Shown here in pieces: positions 51,044 through 62,082 of a DNA stretch of 64,000 bases (position 1 is the first letter of the stretch; each line of letters opens with the position of its first letter). Position numbers and translations under genes: made by a program. The notes beneath the pieces were generated by a model that saw nothing but the letters and a program-made list of their open reading frames with translations, did no database searches and was not told the DNA's origin. Source of the DNA: Macrostomum lignano (lineage: Eukaryota); assembly GCA_002269645.1 (NCBI GenBank), contig NIVC01000296.1, positions 496,001-560,000 of the forward strand, in the 5' to 3' direction.

Positions 51044-51419
51044 AGAGATGCGGAGATCACCTAAACAACAATATGGAAAACTCAAAATGCGCACTTGAGT
51101 CGGCCACTCTGAAGCATTTTATTTTTTTTGAAAAAAAACGTTATTTGGGGCCATTATGACAGGCGCGCAACTGGCATTTTGCCGCATCAATCAATCATTA
51201 AAATACGAGGGCGACCTCTCCGCGACGGCTCCGGCGCAGTCATTGTAGCTATTTGACAAATCGCTTGTCTGCTCCCGCAAAAAATAACTGACAGGTCGGG
51301 GGTTGGGCCTGTCAGTTATTTTTTCTCTAACAGCGCTGCCAGATCCCATAGGGCAGCTGCATAGTAAATTACTTGAGTTTGGATGAAATAAATACGAGTT
51401 AAAAATGCTCTCTGCTCTG

Positions 51420-52098
51420 TGAGTGAGATGTTTGTGGATGAGATTGTGTCTGGATGAGATTGTGTCCGTGGAAAAGATTGTGTCTGTGGATGAGATTGTG
51501 TCCGTGGAAAAGATTGTGTCTGTGGATGAGATTGTGTCCGTGGAAAAGATTGTGTCTGTGGATGAGATTGTGTCCGTGGAAAATATTGTGTCTGAGGAAA
51601 AGATTGTGTCTGTGGAAAAGATTGTGTCTGTGGAAAAGATTGTGTCCGTGGATGAGATTGTGTCTTGGATGAGATTGTGTCTGTGGAAAAGATTGTGTCT
51701 GAGGAAAAGATTGTGTCTGTGGAAAAGATTGTGTCTGTGGAAAGGGTTGTGTCTGTGTATGAGATTGTGTCTGTGGATGAGATTGTGTCTGTGGATAAGA
51801 TTGTGTCTGTGGATGAGATTGTGTCTGTGGATGAGATTGTGCCTGGATGAGTTGTGTCTGTGGATGAGATTGTATCTGTGGATGAGATTGTGGATGAGAT
51901 TGTGTCTGTGGATGAGATTGTGTCTGTGGATAAGATTGTGTCTGTGGATGAGATTGTGTCTGTGGATAAGATTGTGTCTGTGGATGAGATTGTGTCTGTG
52001 GATGAGATTGTGTCTGTGGATGAGATTGTGTCTGTGGATGAGATTGTGCCTGGATGAGATTGTGTCTGTGGATGAGATTGTGTCTGTGGATGAGATTC
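51420..52098. repeat. 18 bp minisatellite (copy 2 of macro-repeat), includes GTGGAAAAGATT variant
   Basis: Directly visible. Confidence 0.95.
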
Positions 52099-52574
52099 AC
52101 ATGTGGATTGGTCCGTTAGTGTCTTGGCATAGGACAGTGTAATTAAACAAAGTCAATGAACAATGAGGCTGAAGTGACAATTGTAATATGACTTTAGACA
52201 TGCGGAGATCACCTCCTAAACAACAATATGGAAAACTCAAATGCGCACTAAGTCAGCCACTCTGAGGCATTTTATTTTTTTTGAAAAAAACGTTATTGAG
52301 GGCCATTACGACAGGCGCGCAGCTGGCATTTTGCCGCATCAATCAATCATTAAAATACGAGGGCGACCTCTCCGACGGCTCCGGCGCAGTCATTATAGCT
52401 ATTTGACAAATCGCTTGCCTGCTCCCGCAAAAAATAACTGACAGGTCGGGGGGTTGGGCCTCCTGTCAGTTATTTTTTCTCTAACAGCGCTGCCAGATCC
52501 CATGGGGCAGCTGCATAGTAAATTACTTGAGTTTGGATGAAAATAAATACGAGTCAAAAATGCTCGGTTGTTCT

Positions 52575-53472
52575 GCGATTGTGTCTGTGAGTGAGATTGT
52601 GTTTGTGGATGAGATTGTGTCTGTGGATGAGATTGTGTCCGTGGAAAAGATTGTGTCTGTGGATGAGATTGTGTCCGTGGAAAAGATTGTGTCTGTGGAT
52701 GAGATTGTGTCCGTGGAAAAGATTGTGTCTGTGGATGAGATTGTGTCCGTGGAAAAGATTGTGTCTGTGGAAAAGATTGTGTCTGTGGAAAAGATTGTGT
52801 CTGGATGAGATTGTGTCTTGGAAGATTGTGTCTGTGGAAAGATTGTGTCTGAGGAAAAGATTGTGTCCGTGGAAAAGATTGTGTCTGTGGAAAAGATGTC
52901 TGAACTGTCTGTGTATGAGATTGTGCCTGGAAGATTGTGTCTGTGGAAGATTGTGTCTGTGGAAAGGGTTGTGTCTGTGTATGAGATTGTGCCTGTGATG
53001 AGATTGTGTGGATGAGATTGTGTCTGAGGATGAGATGTCTGTGGATAAGATTGTGTCTGTGGATGAGATTGTGTCTGTGGATGAGATTGTGCCTGGATGA
53101 GATTGTGTCTGTGGATGAGATTGTGTCTGTGGATAAGATTGTGTCTGTGGATGAGATTGTGTCTGTGGATGAGATTGTGCCTGGATGAGATTGTGTCTGT
53201 GGATGAGATTGTATCTGTGGATGAGATTGTGGATGAGATTGTGTCTGTGGATGAGATTGTGTCTGTGGATAAGATTGTGTCTGTGGATGAGATTGTGTCT
53301 GTGGATGAGATTGTGTCTGTGGATAAGATTGTGTCTGTGGATGAGATTGTGTCTGTGGATGAGATTGTGTCTGTGGATGAGATTGTGTCTGTGGATGAGA
53401 TTGTGTCTGTGGATGAGATTGTGCCTGGATGAGATTGTGTCTGTGGATGAGATTGTGTCTGTGGATGAGATT
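52575..53472. repeat. 18 bp minisatellite (copy 3 of macro-repeat)
   Basis: Directly visible. Confidence 0.95.
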
Positions 53473-55042
53473 CACATGTGGATTGGTCCGTTAGTGTCTT
53501 GGCATAGGACAGTGTAATTAAACAAAGTCAGTGAACAATGAGGCTGAAGTGACAATTGTAATATGACTTTAGACATGCGGAGATCACCTCCTAAACAACA
53601 ATATGGAAAACTCAAAATGCGCACTAAGTCAGCCACTCTGAGGCATTTTATTTTTTTTGAAAAAAACGTTATTGAGGGCCATTACGACAGGCGCGCAGCT
53701 GGCATTTTGCCGCATCAATCAATCATTAAAATACGAGGGCGACCTCTCCGACGGCTCCGGCGCAGTCATTATAGCTATTTGACAAATCGCTTGTCTGCTC
53801 CCGCGGGGGTTGGGCCTGTCAGTTATTTTTTCTCTATCAGCGCTGCCAGATCCCATGGGGCAGCTGCATAGTAAATTACTTGAGTTTGGATGAAAATAAA
53901 TACGAGTCAAAAATGCTCCGTTGTTGACGGAGGCGAGAAATCATGTAATGGTAGTTCGGTTAGCTGGAAGCCATGGAGGTCCAAAAGTAGAGTCTGGATA
54001 AGCAACTCCTTCCCTGACTGACCCATTCTCCGGTGTTATGCCAACTACGAGTAAATCCTACTATCCTCCTAGAATGGAATCCCCCGCCCCCTCTGACGAT
54101 TTTTTTGCTGCGCCGGAACGAAGAAACGCGGGCACACGAAATTCAAAAACCCGGGCCAACTTCTTGTTGCGCATCTCCGTCAAACAAGAATCAAGGCCCA
54201 TCGGACCGTCGAGATATTCAACGATTCTGACTGAAGGTCAGACTTTTCCTATAAGCGCCAGTGTATTCAGTACACCCGCGCCAATCAGCACTGCGCCTCA
54301 GTGCAGCCTTGCCAAGCCTCCAAATTTCATCAGCAAGTGGACCACACATGTGTCTGCATCAGCTCTGACTTTGTTGGCCACTGGCCTTCACCCAGGCGGA
54401 GCTTCTGGACCTTCAACAGGTGGCACCAGGTGACTTTGGACACCCTGTTGCGAATTTCTCGAGTTTCGCTGATCAAGCCTCGACTGCCGGACATGCTCAA
54501 GTAGCCTCTCAAGCATTCAGTCGTCATCCAGACGCGGCAAAAGTCTATGTCTATGGGCAATACCAAATCCACTGCTGCCAAATGCCAATTCTCAACTTGG
54601 TTGGCTCAACTATTAACTTGGCTGACAAAGGCAATAGTTAAACCACTGCCATGGCTTGCCAGCATTCGTGGTTATTCCACCAAGGGTTCAAGAGGCACAC
54701 TCCGCAATATCTGCAATTTATCGTTTTTAATTTCTAAAAAAAAATAGAATGCAGCGTTCTGTGGAATTTGTGGGAAAGAGTTGCCACCCGAGGGTCTCCA
54801 GAACTGCTGCTGTCAGTAGTGAAGCCATTTTCAGCCAGTTGGGGAGGGTTGCGGTGTCAGCTTGCCTCTTGGCCCTCTCCGATTGGAGGATTGGTATGAT
54901 GAGGCCCGGGAATCCTCTGTGAGGATATAACTTGGCAAGAATGGATTCAATGAAGCTTTGCGGAGATCTCTTCAACTGCGCGGCTATTTGGAACTGGTTT
55001 GAAAAAAAACTTTTAGCCCAACTGCTTTCACGCCAACAAAGA

Positions 55043-55251
55043 ATGGCCGCAAGCAGAGGCAAAGTGGCCGAGGCTGTGCTCCGGTCCGTACTAGCCCGGC
55101 TCATGATGATGTTTCACGGTACTCTGTGCGTACTGCAGACCAATCCAATTCAGAAGCACAGCCTGCACTGGATTTTCATTGTGCCGCTGGCGCTGCTGCC
55201 AATTGAAGGCGTCGTCACCTGGAAAGTGCTCAAGGGCAAGGAATGGAAGTG
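55043..55251 (+). CDS. TMEM26: TMEM26-family membrane protein, exon 1
   Basis: RSVLARLMMMFHG...LPIEGVVTWKVLKGKEWKW resembles TMEM26 ALATRLLFLLHS...LETALTLKFKRGRGYKW; TG|gtaaga donor. Confidence 0.85.
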
Positions 55252-55506
55252 GTAAGACATGCGGTTGTGCTTGTGCGATTCACCTCTACGAGCGTACTAA
55301 GGGTCAAGATAGTGTGTGCGTGCCTGACGATTAGAGAATCAGGGCCGCTGTACACCCAGTGTGCAAGCGTATATGCACGTGTATCCGTGCTCAGGGGTCC
55401 CGAACAAGGGAAATGCATGTTTGACGACTTGACTCCTTGCTGGCTGCAGGTAAGCACATGCAACAGCTAGCTATGGAGCCATCACCACTCCTAACTCCTC
55501 GTTCAG

Positions 55507-55687
55507 GATTTGTCCGTGCGTTCTGCTCTACCTGATGGGAGTTATCCCGCCGGTGTGGCTAGCCGAGTTCGACATCGTGCTCATTCAGGAGATTCAGAAC
55601 AGAACCGTGTTGGCCTCGGCCATGTCTGAGGATGCCGCCTACACGTCGGGTCACGAGAAGCGAAACATATCGGCGCATCCGGAGAAG
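55507..55687 (+). CDS. TMEM26: TMEM26 exon 2
   Basis: (W)ICPCVLLYLMGVIPPVWLAE resembles [21 protein letters not shown]; phase 2 in, AAG|gtgaga out. Confidence 0.88.
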
Positions 55688-55802
55688 GTGAGATCGCGTT
55701 TGTGCCTTTAAAGCGACTGGACTATAAAACAAGTGAGGGTAGCTTGGTCGAGTGATCAGTGAGTGAAACATGGTCTTTGTTCGAGTGACCAGTAAAGGGT
55801 GG

Positions 55803-56113
55803 ATAATAATAACAATATTTGATTACACCTGCCCCAATTGCGCCAGATGTGCAACCGACAGCTCAGCCGCAGCTATTGCACGGCGCATCTGAAGGCTGCG
55901 TACGGCTGTTCAGTCCAAGGACTGGGGGGTTGCCACAGACACCCTCAAATACCCCAGCTAATGCTGGCACCCATTTTACAGCTGGGTGAACTGAAGCAAT
56001 GCAGAGAGTTAGGTGTCTTGCTCAAGGACACAAATTGTTCCAGTAGGATCGGGAATCGAACCCCCGACCTTCAAGTTACGAATGCGACACTCTGATCACT
56101 AGGCTGCAATCTC
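55803..56113 (-). mobile_element. tRNA-derived CORE-type SINE in TMEM26 intron 2
   Basis: Minus strand: tRNA-like head with B box GGTTCGATTCC, then TGTGTCCTTGAGCAAGACACCTAACTCTCTG...CTGTAAAATGGG (MIR/CORE-like), ending in an (ATT)n-like tail. Confidence 0.8.
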
Positions 56114-56339
56114 AGTGAGGGTTGGTTTTGACCAGAATCACTATAGTCAGTGAACTACCTGTGAACATGCCTGATCGGACATCTTATGAAACAAGACTTA
56201 CTTACTTACTTACTACTGACGGGGGCGCAGGCGCCGCGAATAGGCCGCGAGGCCCCTATCGCAACCCCAAGGTAAAAGAGCACAAGGATTAGCCTTGGGG
56301 GTGCGCCCAGTCCCCGCCAGTAGTCGGCAGGTCTTACGC

Positions 56340-56880
56340 TCTGACCCATTATGTCTGACCCATTATGTCTGACCCATGATGTCTGACCCAATATGTCTGA
56401 CCCATTATGTCTGACCCATTATGTCTGACCCATTATGTCTGACCCATTATGTCTGACCCATTATGTCTGACCCATTATGTCTGACCCATTATGTCTGACC
56501 CATTATGTCTGACCCATTATGTCTGACCCATTATGTCTGACCCATTATGTCTGACCCATTATGTCTGACCCATTATGTCTGACCCATTATGTCTGACCCA
56601 TTATGTCTGACCCATTATGTCTGACCCATTATGTCTGACCCATTATGTCTGACCCATTATGTCTGACCCATTATGTCTGACCCATTATGTCTGACCCATT
56701 ATGTCTGACCCATTATGTCTGACCCATTATGTCTGACCCATTATGTCTGACCCATTATGTCTGACCCATTATGTCTGACCCATTATGTCTGACCCATTAT
56801 GTCTGACCCATTATGTCTGACCCATTATGTCTGACCCATTATGTCTGACCCATTATGTCTGACCCATTATGTCTGACCCA
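56340..56880. repeat. Near-perfect minisatellite, 14 bp unit TCTGACCCATTATG
   Basis: Directly visible; ends ~8 nt before the acceptor at 56888. Confidence 0.97.
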
Positions 56881-56888
56881 ATTCGCAG

Positions 56889-57512
56889 TGGCTATTCGGA
56901 TTCGAGACTGGGCTCAGCTTCCAAGCGGAGACGCGCATCCTTATGGAGGAGATGATGCTCCTGGTGCTCATCATCGGCCGCTGGGTGCTGCCGCGGCAGC
57001 AGATCAGCAAGGAGCAGAAATCCGCTCTACTCATTGGCTACATTGGCATGTCCGCCGACATTCTCGAACTGTACGAATACTTCAAGGAGGACTCGCTGAA
57101 GACCAACAAAAGCATCATCACCCTGCTGCTGCTGGCCTGGACCACCGCCATGGCCCAGTTCGTGTTCGTGTTCACCGCCCGTCGGCAAGTGGGCTCAGCG
57201 ACCAGCTTCGGCAGTCTTGTGCTGAACACGGACATGTGGGCCATCGTGTGCAACCTGCTGCTGCAGGACGCGCTCTTCCTGGTGATTCGTTTTTACCTGC
57301 TGGTCCAGTACAGGATCGTGAACGAGGCCAGCATTTTCTTCTTGGTGAAGAACAGCCTGCTGACGTTCCTGATCCTGCACCGCATCCAGTCGCTGGTGTC
57401 CGAGTGGCGTGCCGAGCGCAGAGCTGCTGTACACTCAGCCGCTGCCGCTGACTCAGAGGAGCAGGCGGCGGCGGCAGCTTTGAGCAAGTCGGATGAGGCC
57501 AACACTGCTTAG
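56889..57512 (+). CDS. TMEM26: TMEM26 last exon
   Basis: LLVLIIGRWVLP...ISKEQKSALLIGYIGMSADILE...DMWAIVCNLLLQDALFLVIR...FFLVKNSLL matches TMEM26; ttcgcag acceptor, phase 0. Confidence 0.93.
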   Translation, partial: WLFGFETGLSFQAETRILMEEMMLLVLIIGRWVLPRQQISKEQKSALLIGYIGMSADILELYEYFKEDSLKTNKSIITLLLLAWTTAMAQFVFVFTARRQVGSATSFGSLVLNTDMWAIVCNLLLQDALFLVIRFYLLVQYRIVNEASIFFLVKNSLLTFLILHRIQSLVSEWRAERRAAVHSAAAADSEEQAAAAALSKSDEANTA

Positions 57513-58475
57513 TTACAGGGACCACTAGAATTTTTTAAGTGAGCAGCCAACTTTTCTCAGATTTTCAATGAGAATTACGCAACTGAAAACACACACACAC
57601 AACGGGCCCTGGGGGTGGCCATTTTTGCTTAAAAAATCAAAATCAAAATCAAAATGAGACACCAACAGTGCTCCATCCATACCTCAGTTGAATCTTGAAT
57701 CCGATGCTTATGGGCCATACAGTTAACCTTTTATCTTAAAGCTTTTCAGTATTTTCAGCCTGTTTTATACAAACTTGAATATTCATCCCGGCACTACTAC
57801 GAGTAGAGCGCACTCAATTGGATCAAAGTACCATTTTTGCCTTTTTGCTGATATCCGCAGTGATTTAGCTATTGGTAAATCGAACTTTTAAGCTTGAAAG
57901 TAATAGGATGATGCCGTCAGACGATGTCCCAATAGGTATTTGCAAGCTAGAATGTGTAATTTTGTTTTCTGTATAGGCAGTACAGTACAGTGCGTCCTTT
58001 TTATTATCTGTGTATGTCTATCTTTACCTTTCGTCTTAGCATCTCTATCTAATCGTTTAAATAGTTTTTTTAACTGCCAACAGAGCCATCTGAGGATTTT
58101 ATAGAAATCAGCTCCCAGATGACAGAAGTTCGCTAGCCCAGTGGGTCTTCAAAAGTTAAGCAGAGTTGGCCGCAGTTAGTATGCAAGTGAATAGGCTGCT
58201 TTTTGCTTTGTTTGTTTGCTTTTGCTTTGCTTGTTTGCTTTTGCTTTGCTTTACAGCCTCTCAAAGCAGTCACTGACCGTGAGCATTTTAAAAGCTGTAT
58301 ACGGGTCGGGCGTAAATGTACTTTTAATTCATTTCGGATACAAGACTACAAATAAGAGCTTGTACTGTTGTGTGTCGCCTCCAATCCAGACAACAGTTTT
58401 AAGGTATCCATGAATTCAGCTATATATATGGATTGCTTAAATGGGGATGCCAGCTTAAATGCCTGAAAGCTTGGG

Positions 58476-59213
58476 ACAGACCGACTGCAATCGGTAACTT
58501 TCCGGACCAGACTGACTGCAATCGGTAACTTTCCGGACCAGACCGACTGCAATCGGTAACTTTCCGGACCAGACTGACTGCAATCGGTAACTTTCCGGAC
58601 CAGACTGACTGCAATCGGTAACTTTCCGGACCAGACCGACTGCAATCTGTAACTTTCCGGACCAGACCGACTGCAATCCGTAACTTTCCGGACCAGACCG
58701 ACTGCAATCGGTAACTTTCCGGACCAGACCGACTGCAATCCGTAACTTTCCGGACCAGACCGACTGCAATCGGTAACTTTCCGGACCAGACCGACTGCAA
58801 TCTGTAACTTTCCGGACCAGACCGACTGCAATCCGTAACTTTCCGGACCAGACCGACTGCAATCTGTAACTTTCCGGACCAGACCGACTGCAATCCGTAA
58901 CTTTCCGGACCAGACCGACTGCAATCCGTAACTTTCCGGACCAGACCGACTGCAATCGGTAACTTTCCGGACCAGACCGACTGCAATCGGTAACTTTCCG
59001 GACCAGACCGACTGCAATCCGTAACTTTCCGGACCAGACCGACTGCAATCCGTAACTTTCCGGACCAGACCGACTGCAATCCGTAACTTTCCGGACCAGA
59101 CCGACTGCAATCCGTAACTTTCCGGACCAGACCGACTGCAATCCGTAACTTTCCGGACCAGACCGACTGCAATCGGTAACTTTCCGGACCAGACCGACTG
59201 CAATCCGTAACTT
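58476..59213. repeat. Minisatellite, 31 bp unit CCGGACCAGACCGACTGCAATCCGTAACTTT
   Basis: Directly visible. Confidence 0.96.
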
Positions 59214-60186
59214 ACTTCTAACTTGAAACGGTTAGACAGGGGGAGGACTCCCATTATGTCCAGGTTGATCCAAGTTGTGGATCGCAGCTGTTTAGGCACG
59301 GAGCTGAACTTTCACAATTGCCAGCAGCACGATAAAGTGCGACACAGACCGCACACTCCGGATTCTACATTCATTATAAAATCGCAGCAAGCATCATCTA
59401 TAAAAGGCCATATTGCTGTATTGCTCTGCTGCTCTCGCAGACCAGCTAATTAATCAGCTTCGTCCGTGACACAAATAGTTCTGGCTAGGGCCCAACAGAA
59501 AGGCCACCGAACAGAAGCTCGCATTGTTGTGCTGCTATCGCGGGTTTTCAGCACAGACTGAATGGAGCCAGTATAATTTAATTATGCCCCTTTAGCGCCA
59601 TTCATTGCTTACATCATTTCTGAGCGGCAGTAAAACTGCGTGATAAAGTGCATGACAGTATGAGAAAGAGCATGTGTATAGTCGTTTTATTCCCTATCGT
59701 TATCATATACTGCTTTGTGAAAAATGCCAACAATTGCAAACACTTTACCTGAGCGGTCAGGTTATAAAGTAACTAACTAATTATCGGTATCTTCTCACTG
59801 CAAATGGATTCAGAAGAGTAATAAAAATATTGATTATGATTATGATTATGCTATTGCATATATTTCAGCTAAAAGTTATCCTTGGTTATGCTATTTGCAG
59901 TTGATAATAAACCATTTTAAAGAAGTCAGCTTCAGCTTGCTTCTGTTTACTTGATAAATTAGTTTTAACTTCTTTTTATATAAATTCTGCTTTTATGAAA
60001 AATTATAACAAAGTACATAAGCTTGGGAAAATTAGAATATTTATTATAGCAAAATGGTGAACAGTCTGTAAAAAATATGATCTATAGGACCATAGGCAGG
60101 TGACGAAATCCTGAAAATGTATGGAACTATTATCGAGATAGGAATTTCTCTGATTGCTTCAGCACTGAGTTCTCTTGCTAAATATA

Positions 60187-60945
60187 GCTTTTTGCAGCCC
60201 ATTTGGGCCTACGCGCATCGAATTTAATCCAAGATACGTTTGCCAATGCAACGGAGCTTTTGTCTATGGTAGCAAGGCTGGCACAGCAGCATTTGATTTG
60301 GTCCAACTAGCATCAGTTTGGTCCAAAAGCTCGTGAGCCAGTCGGCGAACTCTTGCCTTCTCGCAACCGTCTGCAAGTTGTTGCGTACTGCTGGAATGTC
60401 AGCGTCTCTACCAACAATTTTCAGTCGCTTTTCCAGAGCTCTGCTGATAGTGGAAGTCTGATAACCAACCGGAACTGTTCCTTCAGCTTCTGCTGCATTT
60501 CTGCACCATCAACAAAGGGTTCGTCTCAACTGCATCGAGTAGCAGTTGGACCTGAGGCTCTCGCAACTTGCCTGGGCGATTGCCACCCCTTCGCAGGCGA
60601 TCTCTGTCGGCAGTGGTTTCAACGCGCTGATGGATGCTGTAAACCATCTTTTCTTTTACATTCAGCAGCCAATTTCAATGTCCTTTGGGTGTTCACCTCT
60701 GTCGAGCGCTTCGATCACAAGCCAATGGCATTCGTTCGACAGCCCAGCACATGGTCCACAATTCTGGGGCTGATGTTGCTTCTTTGCAGCCGCTTCAATG
60801 AAGCTATGGACCAAATTGATGCTTGTTGGACCAAATCAAATGCCGCTGTGCCAGCCTTGCTACCATAGACAAAAGCTCCGTTGCATTGGCAAACGTATCT
60901 TGGATTAAATTCGATGCGCGTAGGCCCAAATGGGCTGCAAAAAGC
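60187..60945 (-). mobile_element. IS630/Tc1/mariner-type deletion derivative with ~150 bp TIRs and a decayed transposase N-terminus
   Basis: GCTTTTTGCAGCCCATTTGGG... mirrored by ...CCCAAATGGGCTGCAAAAAGC, TA on both sides. The minus strand gives, across frameshifts, LSNE..LVIEALDRGEHPKDI..LLNVKEKMVYSI..RRGGNRPGKL..LLDAVETNP..TSTISRALEKRL..RN..RQEFADW (bipartite HTH); no DDE domain. Confidence 0.82.
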
Positions 60946-61794
60946 TATATTATTTGAAACCGAACAAGCGTAAAGACTCAAAACGGACCATAACTAGAAT
61001 TGCAGGGGAAATGTCCCGCTGTGGATACCAGAGAATTTTGTTAAGCTCTGCAGAACAAACAACTCAGCCATTTTCCTCGGCTACCCAGACAAAAAACTTT
61101 CTGGCTGAAAATGGAACGTGGAGCATAGAAAGTGCGAACAGGAGGAGAGAACCGCCAGATTGAGCAGCAATTTTATCGGCGATTTAAAACTCGCGCTTAA
61201 AGGGAAGCAACATCGAAAACTTGACAGCTCTCAGCGAGTTGCAGAGGGAATGTTGTGGGCGGAAAATTCCATTTTAAGTCAGTTCACTGCAGAACCAAAG
61301 TCCAGCGACACTTTTTGGAAGGCGCGAAAACTGCTTCGCTCATCGATTTTCGCCTTTCTTGTTTGAGCCGTTTATTACAAGCTTATTTCAAGCTTTTTTT
61401 ACGACAAGCGCAGCTGCTGCCAGGCGAAATTTTGCTAGCATTGAGGCGACGCGTTGTAAAAGTTTTCCTAGAAATCAGCCGCTAGCGCCGCACTAAGGTC
61501 CAGCTGCTGCGCTCAACTGCTGCCAGTTTAAAGCGAACGACAAACCTCACGACGTTCTTCGCTCTCCCTTGCTACTCGACTTGGAAAACAGCTCAACTGA
61601 AACCTTTCTGAACTAAGCTTTCCAAGCTGCATCTAAGCTAACTTCTTTGCCCTGTGAAGCAGAACCACGATAAGACAGTGCATCTATCAGAGCGTCTAGG
61701 AAAATCTGTCTGATTCAAACAGTTTAAGAGCAACATTTTCACTGGGAAGAAAATCCCTAGACAAGTGGCACTTCCTGCGGCTAACTGCGGTCAG

Positions 61795-62082
61795 ATGAAG
61801 CTGCTGACTGCCGTAGTTGCTGCCCAGCTGCTGCTGGCCTGCCTCACCTGCTGGGCAGCCGGGGCGCCAGAGGACTCCGAGCCGCAGTGGCGCTACTGCC
61901 TGCAGACTGGGCTCGCCCACCTGCTGGACTTCCGAGGCCGATGGACCAGCGAGTTCCGGCCTGGCGGTGAAGCCGCATTGGCCAGCTTCACCTCCGAGGT
62001 GCTCAACTGGCGAGTCGAAGTTGGCACCGTTGGCAGCGGAGACTGCGGCGAGGACGGAGCAGCCGAGGACGCCTGTCGAAAG
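61795..62082 (+). CDS. Secreted protein, exon 1: signal peptide plus start of a divergent VWD-like domain
   Basis: MKLLTAVVAAQLLLACLTCWA hydrophobic leader; YCLQTGLAHLLDFRG resembles VWD CxxxGDPHYxTFDG; AAG|gtttga donor. Confidence 0.7.

Larger units (their letters stand above)
45715..53925. repeat. Macro-repeat: (18-bp array + ~470-bp spacer) x3, first spacer interrupted by the LTR element
   Basis: Spacer CACATGTGGATTGGTCCGTTAG...GAGTCAAAAATGCTC recurs at 46567-46694 plus 51044-51410, at 52099-52565 and at 53473-53920. Confidence 0.93.

Noticed and set aside
45567-53517. HNLIHR / VDEIVS / MRLCLW / QTQSHP repeat ORFs
   Set aside because: Translations of the 18-bp array in all frames.
54038-54747. 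ORFs upstream of TMEM26
   Set aside because: No recognisable homology or splice support in any frame.
56040-56113. tRNA-Thr(CGT) gene on the minus strand
   Set aside because: The acceptor and D stems do not pair convincingly and the sequence runs into a CORE-like body and simple-repeat tail; better explained as a SINE head.
56105-56150. CAATCTCAGTGAG...AGAATCACT similarity to the 27-bp array unit at 43875
   Set aside because: Only 13 + 9 bp, interrupted; could be chance in a repeat-rich 64 kb.
56195-56335. (TAAG)n-tailed LINE 3' fragment on the minus strand
   Set aside because: The tail is suggestive of RTE-type elements but no RT residues or TSD could be recognised.
58346-59299. 317-aa and related repeat ORFs
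   Set aside because: Translation of the 31-bp array.
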